DNA from: Octopus sinensis
Taxonomy: Eukaryota
Length of the DNA: 64,000 bases
Assembly: GCF_006345805.1 (NCBI RefSeq)
Contig: NC_043003.1
Coordinates: 116,622,001 to 116,686,000, forward strand
Reading direction: 5' to 3'
The notes below the pieces were generated by a model. That model ran no database searches and was not told the origin of the DNA. It was given only the letters and a program-made list of their open reading frames with translations. Made by a program: the position numbers and the translations under genes. Shown here in pieces: positions 52,209-64,000 of the stretch. The first letter of the stretch is position 1. Every line of letters starts with the position of its first letter.

Positions 52209-52630
52209 CTCTCTCTTTTACTTGTTTCAGTCATTTGACTGCGGCCATGCTGGAGCACCGCCTTTAATCGAGCAACTTGACCCCGGGACTTATGTTTTTG
52301 TAAGCCCAGTACTTATTCTATCGGTCTCTTTTGCCGAACCGCTAATTAACGGGGACATAAACACACCAGCATCGGTTGTCAAGCAATGCTAGGGGGACAA
52401 ACACACTCACACAAACACACACACGCATATATATTTATATACATATATATATATATATACATATATACGACGGGCTTCTTTCAGTTTCCGTCTACCAAAT
52501 CCACTCACAAGGCTTTGGTCGGCCCGAGGCTATAGCAGAAGACACTTGCCCAATGTGCCACCCAGTGGGACTGAACCCGGAACCATGTGGTTGGTAAACA
52601 AGCTACTTATCACACAGCCACTCCTGCGCC
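52209..52630 (-). mobile_element. SINE family B (full length)
   Basis: As other B copies. Confidence 0.9.
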
Positions 52631-52654
52631 TATATATGTGTATATATATATATA

Positions 52655-54285
52655 TATTTGCTTTTTTTCCTGCAACAACTAGACTCCTTCCTCTTTTTTA
52701 TCCATTCCTTCCATCCTGCCCTCCATTTCTCCTGCACCATATCCAACACTTCCGTCGCCTTTCTTGACATTTCGGTCAACATACGCAACTCCTACCTCCA
52801 TCCACCACAAACACGGATTTACACTCATACCTCAACTTGTCCTCCCCCCACCCTACCCACATCATGCTCTCCATCCCCTAATCCCAATTCCTCCGTCTGC
52901 GCAGGCTCTGCAGTGACAACCATGACTTTGAGACTGTCTCAACTCATAACTCGCCACTTCAACCTTCGTGGATATCCTCTCACCACTATCCACACCGCCC
53001 TTGCTAGAGCACGTTCAGTGGGCTGTGCCTCTGATCTCTCCTTGCACACGCCCTGCTGCTGCTCATCTCCCGTTTCCTCTCACCTACCACCCCTCCATCC
53101 TTCTCCAACGCACTATTCCACGAGCCTTCCGGTGACTCCAGCTCGATTCCAGCAATAGTCCTGGTTCACAGTCTCTTCCCTAGCCTAATCTACCAAGCTG
53201 GCTCGGTCCACTGCTCACGCCCACACTGCCGCACTTGTCCCTGCCTCTCCAACACCACCCTTCTCACAGGCACCCATCATCTTCCCTATCATATCATTGA
53301 CTCCTTTACCTGCACTTTTACCAATCTCATTTTCTTCATCTCCTGCTATTTCTGCCCTTCTCTGTACATCGGTCAAACGGGATGCCGCTTGGCTGATCGC
53401 TTCGCGGCGCCTCTCCGAGACATTAGGCTCGGCAATGGCGCTCGGTCTAGCGTCATTTCCGCTCAACTGGTCATTCATTAATTACAACACCCGTTTGTAT
53501 TCGGACAATCTTTGCACAGGGGCCATCCAAACTCCCACCTTTGTCGTGAACCGGAATTAATCTTCTTTCTTCGCTTCTTTGTACCATATGGGCTCAACTC
53601 TCCTCCCCTCTTCATCTGATACCTACTTCTTCTCTTCGCTTTCCCCTCTTTTGCCCTGACACCTGCTTCCTCTCTTCACTCCTACGCACCTTCTCCTTTC
53701 ATTGATACAGCCTCCATCCACCCCACACATACCTACCCCTATCCCCGGCACCTCCACCTCCATACTCACCCCACATCATCACCTCACCTCACAACCTCAC
53801 CCCTACATCCTCGTTACGAACACCACCACACTCTCATTCCAACCCCTCCAGGAGCACACATTAGCAGTGATCACCTTCCCACACCCACACCATCGTCTGT
53901 TCACCCACATATTACAAATGCACATATCCACACGTCAAGTTACACGCACACATCCACACGTCAAAATCACCAGCCCATACCCACACATACACACACACTC
54001 TCACATACACATACGCAAGCGCACCTTAGTTTTAGGATCACCAGTACTTTATTATCTGCCCTTCTTCCCAGCTCTCCTATCCAACTGCCTTTTTCCAACC
54101 AGTCTCCATGATTGAGCGCTAAATTCACAAGATTTTTTTTATTCCCTCTCTGTTTATTTCCTCGTGTTCCTTTCTGCTGAAGAGTGTAGGCTCGAAACGT
54201 AAAAGACTTTCTCACCTTCCCGAGCGTCAAACTTATACACCTGTCTTCGTCTCTTGTTCTTCTTTAAATTTCACGATGGATAATG
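52655..54285 (+). mobile_element. Penelope-like element, 5'-truncated: RT C-terminus, GIY-YIG endonuclease, 3' pLTR (frameshifted)
   Basis: FHPALHFSCTISNTSVAFLDISV; SQFLRLRRLCSD..FNLRGYP..ALARAR; CSRPHCRTC; NLIFFISCYFCPSLYIGQTGCRLADRF; ELIF..PYGLN. Confidence 0.9.
54170..54205 (+). ncRNA. Minimal type I hammerhead motif in the Penelope pLTR (A6 to C variant)
   Basis: CTTT-CTGCTGA-A-GAGT gtag GCTC-GAAA-CG-TA-AAAG; palindromic ACGT, GUA site. Confidence 0.65.
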
Positions 54286-55180
54286 GTTCATACACTACAG
54301 ATGTTTCAACGCTATAAATGCTCTCCACCTCCCTTCCTGTCATCGTAATGTTTTTCCTATATTAACTAACATGAGCAAGCGAATCCATTCTTTTGACTAT
54401 TACAGGTCAAGGAATTATGAAATGCTACAAACTGGTGATTTTTTTAATGTTTTTTTTAATGTGTATTTCGCGTGCATTGACCCGATGAAAGCAATTATTT
54501 TCGCATGATGTAATATCGCTATTCATCAATAATAAAAGAAACTCGTTGGAAACAGCTGTAGTGAAATAACAATTAACGATTTGTTGTTATTTATTATTCA
54601 CCTGATTTGGAACCTGACATTAACACGGATCTGGAGTTTATCAAGTTCAGTACAGTTGGTGCACTGTGTGGTCCTACATACAACATTAGGACCCAAGATA
54701 TACACTGTTCGGTGCACTTAACTGTATATACAAGTGGAATAACAATTTGTCTGTACTTCGGTATGTAGGTAGTCGGTCCTCTCATCTCGTAGTATACATT
54801 ATATCAGCCGACCCGAGGCTTTACCAATTAAGTACTTGAGTCACTTGAATCTTGAACTTATATATTTTTCATTATTGAATTGATAAAAGGTGAGGTATTT
54901 TTCTAATTCATATATATATATATAAATTATAAGAGAGTTACCACTATGTGAATAGCTCTAGTGCTAAGAATAGCTCCGTTACTAGTATAGCCACAGAAAG
55001 ATGTTTCCAAGAAGAAATAACATTACATTTAACGGAAGGATAGTGAAATATAACGAAAAACTAGATTGACCCTTATAATTTATGTATAAATTTGTATTAT
55101 CCCCCTAGTTTTATATGCTAAGCCACTTGGTGTTAAATTGATGGTATTATTAAATTAATATCAAATTGTTCACCCTCATT

Positions 55181-55236
<56 letters not shown>

Positions 55237-55321
55237 TTTGTGAAATTTGATTTATTATTTCTAAATTGAATTTTCCCCTGTAAGTTTGGAATAATATTCC
55301 TTCATATTATATATATATATA

Positions 55322-55490
55322 TGGGAGAGTTTACGAAAAAACAAAAGACGAAGACAGGTGGTGTACAAAACAAACAGATGTATTAGTATAAAGCTCAGGG
55401 ATAGAAAAAGTCTGTTACGTTTCGAGCCTACGCTCTTCTACAGAAAGGGTCACAGAAAAAAAACAAAGAGAGAAACATGGAGAGAAAAAA
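55322..55490 (-). mobile_element. Solo Penelope pLTR fragment with hammerhead motif (55412-55447)
   Basis: Minus: CTTT-CTGTAGA-A-GAGC gtag GCTC-GAAA-CG-TA-ACAG. Confidence 0.7.
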
Positions 55491-55528
55491 ATGTATGTAG
55501 TGGCTAACGATCAATCATGGCGATCTAC

Positions 55529-55570
<42 letters not shown>

Positions 55571-56034
55571 CGTGTGTGTATGTGTGTGTGTGTGTGTATG
55601 TATATGCGTATTTGTGTATGTATGTGTGTGTTTGTGTGTGTGCGTGTGAGTGTATGTACTATATGAAAGAAATAGAACTTAAAGGACATGTTTACTACTT
55701 CAGTTGCGAATCATTATGAGACCTCGTATTGTAAGACTCCATCCACTTTTGATATACATCATCCATTCGTTATTCCATATCTTAAACATACCCTCTAACG
55801 TGTTTTTCTGGGACATTGTGCAGTTTTTTAATCAGATTTTCTTCCACTTCTGTTTGAAACGAAAAGGAAAGAAAACCTTCGAAAGCCTATTCATGTTTAA
55901 AACAAAAACAGAGATGTGCGCATTGGCAAAAAGAGTTATGTGCTGTGTGACATAACAAGAGGCGCCTCGCGTTTTTCGCCTCACTGACAGGACGTGAGAT
56001 GTGAGAAATGGTGTTCGCATGTTATATATCATCT

Positions 56035-56405
56035 ATGGCCCAGTGGTTAGGGCAGCGGACTCGCGGTCATAGGATCGCGGTTTCGATTCCCAGACCGGGC
56101 GTTGTAAGTGTTTATTGAGCGAAAACACCTAAAGCTCCACGAGGCTCTGGCAGCGGATGGTGGTGATCCCTGCTGTACTCTTTCACCACAACTTTCTCTC
56201 ACTCTTACTTCCTGTTTCTGTTGTACCTGTATTTCAAAGGGCCGGCCTTGTCACTCTCTGTGTCACGCTGAATATCCCCGAGAACTACGTTAGGGGTACA
56301 CGTGTCTGTGGAATGCTCAGTCACTTGCACGTTAATTCCACGAGCAAGCTGTTCCGTTGATCGTATCAGCTGGGACCCTCATCGTCGTAATCGACGGAGT
56401 GCTCC
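56035..56405 (+). mobile_element. SINE family A tail type 1
   Basis: A box TGGCCCAGTGG, B box, core and type 1 tail. Confidence 0.9.
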
Positions 56406-58021
56406 TACTATGATGAACAAAGTCCTTCCAATGAAATACAGAATCAAAATCTTCTTCGAGTTTTAGTAACTTTTATATTTTCATTTATCTTATTTTTATT
56501 TACTGATTATAAAGATGTTCTATTTTTTTTTATTTACGGTGGTGAGGAATCAACAAATGAAGGCTGCCCTATAATCTCAATATTCTTATTGTCTCCGCGA
56601 ATCTCCTCACCTCTTATGACACTTTTCAGAATGTTTATATTTCGCATTATTGGTAGAATTAACAAACCTAGATTTTTAAAAGTCCCTTCTGTTCTTTGTT
56701 CGCCCGACTGGAAATGCAGAACAAATAGTTAAAGGATATAGACTTTATAATCATTTGTTCGAATGATGATAGAAATTCTCTGAAAAATACCATAACAGGT
56801 AACAAAAGAATGTCTCGGCGTAAGAAGAAGAAAACGAGGCAATCATCGTGGTTTGGCTCATTGTCACAACCACAAAAAAATCTATGCTACCGTTTCTAAT
56901 TTCAACCTTTAAACGGTATAGTAATTATCATGGTATAAGATATAATTACCTTAAAAATGTATTTTGAAAATTAATGGACATGTTGCCAATCTATCTTTCA
57001 CTCCAAAAAATCATATCAATTATAGCATCTAAATTTATCTTGCGTTAAATTTTCTCGTGGCTGTTGGCCAGTCAAGTTAGTGGGCCAAATATAAAATAGC
57101 GTTTCCTATCTTCATTACCAACGAAGAGGCGTTCTTACTTTAAATGGCGAAAACAGAAATAAGACGACTCCAACTACAAAAAAGAAATTAGGTTGATTAA
57201 TAAAAATTTCAATACATTTGTAAAATGACCATTAATAGTAAAGTGCTTTTTCGTAAAGTAGAATAGAAATAGATAAGAGTAAAACATTATCTGGAGACTA
57301 CGCAAAATCAAATTTACATTGATGTTGACCTGAAAAAAGATGGTGGTGGTGGTGGTGGTGTTCTTTGCGGTGACAGCGGCGACGGTGGAACTATAAATTA
57401 CTGGTACTTCATGTAGACTTCATCATGATGCTTGCTAAACAGGTTACGGGCTTAAGCGAACGCAAACCTTAGAGGCTTGGTAAATCCATGCCCGGATGTG
57501 AAATGGATTAAAGAAATTTATAAGAATGCTTGCTTATTGAATATGATATTTATCCTTGCCGTTGTTAAGATACACGCAACAGGATTAAGTGTATGAATGC
57601 GGATTAAGAAATTTGATTAGAGAGAAAAAATGAACAAGAAATAAACGTAAAGAGTCTTACCCTAAATCGAAATCCTTTTTAAGCCAAATATTTGAAAAAT
57701 ATTTACAAATACAAATTTTTGCATATTTTAACAAATCTATCTTCCTGCACTGTGTCAGACACTTCGAAGCAAGATATTGGGTTCATAATATTTCCTTTAT
57801 TAATAGATTAACCAATGGGAGAATTCCTTCGAAATATAGTAAGCAAAGGCCAATGAAATTAGGCATCATCGTGGAGGGGAAATGATATTTAATGCTTCTA
57901 TAATTTCATTGAGAATAAAGTGAATCAAGTGAAGAGAATAATATCGAACAAAACTAAACATTTTAAATATGAGAGTACATATATGTATGTATATATGCAT
58001 ATACATATATTATCTATGTTA

Positions 58022-58062
<41 letters not shown>

Positions 58063-58347
58063 TACACACACACTTATCTATACATATGTATGTATGTGTG
58101 TGTGTGTGTGTGTGTGCGTAGTTGCAGAATCATATCAACTGCCTTTTATACGATGCAGCAATACATACTTTGTGATCCTTCTTAAGAAAAGAAAGCAGTT
58201 TCATGCAAACTCATGCAAATTATACCCCCACCCTTTCACTTTTAAACAAACAATAATTTCATTTATATCAGTGATCCAGTTCAATATATATCAATTGAGT
58301 TGATTCTATGCGTAAGAAAGCAACAAATGTGGTTTTAGCTCATAACA

Positions 58348-58375
58348 CCCGGGCAACGCCGGGATTCCTTGTTAG
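58348..58375 (+). mobile_element. Helitron-type 3' terminus (hairpin + xTAG)
   Basis: CCCGG-GCAACG-CCGGG hairpin, 8 nt spacer, TTAG then T; canonical end is CTRR. Confidence 0.5.
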
Positions 58376-58587
58376 TATACATATATACACAACTGTATAT
58401 ATACGTATATATGTGCATAGATAGATTGATAGATAGATAGATAGATAGAAAAACATGTTTTGAGATGCATTTCTCTGGTTTGTTATACCAGACCTACTTT
58501 ATACCTAATAAAAATATCTATATATGTGTATATACACCCTCACACATATATATGTATAACATTTGATAAATAAGCACAAATATATAC

Positions 58588-58625
<38 letters not shown>

Positions 58626-58631
58626 TTGTGC

Positions 58632-58666
<35 letters not shown>

Positions 58667-58984
58667 TGCGTGCGTGTGTGTGTGTGTGTGTACCCATTTA
58701 TTTTGTGTATCGCATCATTCTGTTCTTCAGCCTCGAGTAATCCTTCTTGTCATAGACAAACTGATAATTGGTATTTTTAAATCCGCCGCTTGCAATGTTC
58801 TCTCTCTGCTATGGAGACGTTAATACACTCGCCTATGAACGGCTATCATTAACGAAATTTAATAGATATGAGAAACTGTCCTCTTTTTCTCTTTGTCTCT
58901 TCCCTCTCAGTCAAACACATACGCATCCTATCGTTCTCTCTCTCCCATTTTCTCGGTGTTTAAACCATTCAATAAAGTACTTAC

Positions 58985-59056
58985 CGAGCTTTTAGGCTTC
59001 GTTCGCAGCACACTTCTTATAGCGTTTGGTTTCACGCCAAAATTTTGATGGTTCAT
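58985..59056 (-). other. Candidate first coding exon (24 codons) ending at a consensus donor
   Basis: ATG at 59056, open MNHQNFGVKPNAIRSVLRTKPKSS, then |GTAAGT; CpG-rich context; no homology recognised. Confidence 0.2.
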
Positions 59057-61311
59057 TTCGCGTTTGGGTTGCTGTTATTTGTTTTAATAACGATAATAGA
59101 ACCTGTAGAGTGTTCCAAAATCTGTATACCTCTGCATTCTATCTCCTCTCGCCACTTCCCTTCTCCTTTTTAGTTTCCGCTCGAAAAGACAACGAATTTT
59201 CAAGGAAACGGTCGTTGCAGTGATTAAGGGATATGATCGGCAACGATATTTTCCACATGATACCTATCAATGTTGGTCATTTGCGAACGTGCAAAACGAC
59301 GGTTTTGTTTAGATTTATCGCTTTAATACTACCTAAATGAGAATACTCCGTGATCCAAAATCTACGCCACGTTAATTTTTCTGGATGACGTTTTCTCGGA
59401 GCGTAAATTGAACAACACATATTTAATTATATTTCGGTTACAAACACCAGAATTATAGGCATTTCTTAAACAGGTAAGTTTGTGATTTAGTGTCACACGT
59501 TTACGCAGAGACACACAGACATACACGCACGCACGTACATACATGTATACGCATGGAGTATATATATATTTGTGTATATATGCATGTACCCAGTGTGATG
59601 GAGGAGTAGGGCGTACGCAAGTGCATCGTATATCTATCTTTCTAGATATCTTGCCATATATATTTCTATCCATTTATCAGAAATTCAATCAACCTAGCTA
59701 TCGATTTATCATTATCACACTCGTTATTTTCTTCTAAACCTTCGTTACAGTGTTGCGCACATGCATACAGATACACATGCACACATGCATACACACGCAC
59801 ACAAACATGTATGCACACACACACATATAGTGGTATTTGCATACAGTGATCACAATATGTGTATACGTGTATGTATGTATGTATGTGCGTAGATACCGAT
59901 GCATGTATGTATATATGTATATATGTGTGTATATATGTATGTATATATGTATGTATGTATGTATGTATGTGTGTATATATGTATGTATGTACGTATGTAT
60001 CTATGTATGTATGTATATATGTATGTATGTATGTATGTAATGTATGTATGTATGTAATGTATGTATGTATGTATGTGTGTATGTATGTATGTATGTATGT
60101 ATGTATGTATGTATGTATGTATGTGTATGTGTATGAGCTCTTCTGTGAATCTACGTGAAGTTTCAGTATATGAATAATATTATACACTGTTTAATTAGTG
60201 TGTGTCTATCCATTTCTCAATCTAACTATATATCTGTCTGTTTGTCTGTTCTTCCCTGTCTTCACATTTATCTCGGTGTCTTCTTTAGCAGACCGTTAAG
60301 CCCACAAGCAGTGAAGGATAATATAACATGTCGTGTGCCGGTGATAAACATTAACTTTCTTCAGCCTATGCAAGAGAGTACAGACTAAATGACTAATAAT
60401 AACAGGTTTCTTACATAGCTTCTCAAGTAAATATCTACGTCATGTTTTTCTTCTATCTCCCATTTCCCGACGATGTGCAATGGCGCTCGTAGCAGAAGCA
60501 AGAAATGCAGCCATTTTCTTTTCTCTTATAAAGTTTTCCAGTTGTCAGCTTTTTGCCTACTGTGTTATTTTTATTACATTTTAGAGTTTCATTTTCATTA
60601 TTACAACGTATTTATCCATGCAACATGTTTATTTCAATAACATGTCGAATTTTCTCGCCCTATATAAAAATTTCCAACGTCTGATGTGTACATTGGCAAA
60701 TAGTAATTTTATAGAAATTACAAATAAAATGGAACATCACGTTGATTCTTCACTGGCCAATCAACAACATCTAACTTATACTGTTTCTTCTGTTAGAATC
60801 TAGAGATGTTTTAAAAGAAATACACAATACACTGGAGGAAAATGGTATGAATTATCTGGTTTCATGAGACGGATACCACATCTGGTGTTGTTTAGTTTTT
60901 ACTTTTGTTTTCGTATTTGTGTAACTTATGGGAAATACTAGTTATTACTTTTTGTTAGGAAATGAGCACGCTTCGTACGGTATGTGTGAGTGTTGTTCTA
61001 TGGCTTTATGTCGATTGGTGATCGTGTTAACTAGCGCTGTGTGGGTGACTTGCTTGTATGATATGAATTCTTGTTTGTGATAATATTGATTATATACACA
61101 CATGTGTTGCATTACTTAATAGAGCAGAGTGTTTTTTCGTAATCACCCTAAAATATATCTGTTGGGTGAGTTGCTGCACTTATTCATTTTAAAAGATATC
61201 TGTGATATTCCTTAGAAAGTGTCTTAGGAAGGGTGTGGGCTATGCAATACGCTTAAAATAGACACCCATATTCAATATTTCTAGATGTTTTCTAAGAATT
61301 CCTTAACAATA

Positions 61312-61482
61312 GGCATAGGAGTGACTGTGTGGTAAGTAGCTTGCTTACGAACCACATGGTTCCGGGTTCAGTCCCACTGCGTGACACCTTGGGCAAGTGT
61401 CTTCTACTATAGCCTCGAGCCGACCAAAGCCTTGTGAGTAGATTTGGTAGACGGAAACTGAAAGAAGCCTGTCGTATATATG

Positions 61483-61521
<39 letters not shown>

Positions 61522-61716
61522 CTGTGTTTGTCCCCCCAACAACGCTTGACAACCGATGCTGGTATGTTTACGTCCCCGTATCTTAGCGGTTCGGCGAAAG
61601 AGACCGATAGAATAAGTACTAGGCTTACAAAGAATAAGTCCTGGGGTCGATTTGCTCGACTAAAGGCGATACCCCAGCATGGTCACAATCAAATGACTGA
61701 AACAAGTAAAAAATAA
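61312..61716 (+). mobile_element. SINE family B (full length)
   Basis: As other B copies. Confidence 0.9.
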
Positions 61717-61884
61717 ATAAATAGCAATCATTTATTTGCAGATCCCAGTTTTGATAGTTTCTGGGACATGTCGGTATCCATAAAAATAATTTGTTAATTA
61801 TCTTACAGAAATGGTTGCGTGCCCCTCCAGTTCTACCAATTAGCTATTGACAACAAAACACAGTCTACTTTCAATTCTATATCT

Positions 61885-61999
61885 AAGAGATGAGGAATTA
61901 TATATAGTATTTACACTTTTTACATTTGACGGATATGGCGTAGTGGTCAAGAGCGCGAGCTACTCACCCCAGCATTCCGAGTTCGATTTCAGACAGTGA

Positions 62000-62034
<35 letters not shown>

Positions 62035-62111
62035 TGATAATAATAATAATATAATAATAATAATAAAATGATGATAATGATAATAATAATAATAATAATA
62101 ATAATAAAATG

Positions 62112-62143
<32 letters not shown>

Positions 62144-62332
62144 AAGAAGAAGAAGAAGAAGAAGGAGAAGAAGAAGAAGAAGAAGATCGAAAAATACCTT
62201 AGGAATGAGAATCCAGGTACGAAATTTCCCCAAGACACCTGATGAAAGCTAGAGAGTATATTAACCAAAAGGTTGTGTTAACAAAAAAGAAGATGAGGAC
62301 AAATATCCGTCAAATGTAAATAATGTATATTC
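61885..62332 (+). mobile_element. SINE family E: inverted tail piece, tRNA-like head, (AAT)n(GAA)n, body, hammerhead motif, tail
   Basis: A box TGGCGTAGTGG (61936), B box GAGTTCGATTTC (61979); ACAC-CTGATGA..GTT-GTGT at 62235-62278 (stem II and GAAA eroded); 61885-61936 is the reverse complement of the family's 3' tail. Confidence 0.8.
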
Positions 62333-62339
62333 TACTTTA

Positions 62340-64000
<1,661 letters not shown>

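Overview
AT-rich, extremely microsatellite-dense eukaryotic DNA, most likely from an octopod cephalopod (inferred from the tRNA-headed SINE families and repeat landscape; not verified by search). I find no confidently identifiable host protein-coding gene, rRNA, genuine tRNA or CRISPR array. Nearly all long ORFs in the track are translated simple repeats. The window is dominated by retroelements. (1) At 1.9-6.9 kb, seven elements sit head-to-tail, each between (AAT)n tracts: three 3' ends of R4/Dong-type RLE non-LTR retrotransposons from two families, plus four copies of a ~550-bp non-coding element with fixed ends. (2) At least five tRNA-headed SINE families (my labels A-E), many with target-site duplications (TSDs); family A carries one head/core with three different tails. 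(3) RTE LINE remnants. (4) Several Penelope-like (PLE) remnants with minimal type I hammerhead ribozyme (HHR) motifs, including U3-A8 and A6-substituted core variants. The most unusual signal is SINE family E: tRNA head, microsatellite, PLE-type hammerhead tail, and inverted 5' duplications of its own 3' end. This suggests a SINE mobilised by Penelope-like machinery. Weak hints of host exons: an HHxxxDG motif split by a putative 19-kb intron, and divergent splice donors flanking a CpG-rich patch at ~59 kb. Many boundaries are approximate; family labels are mine.
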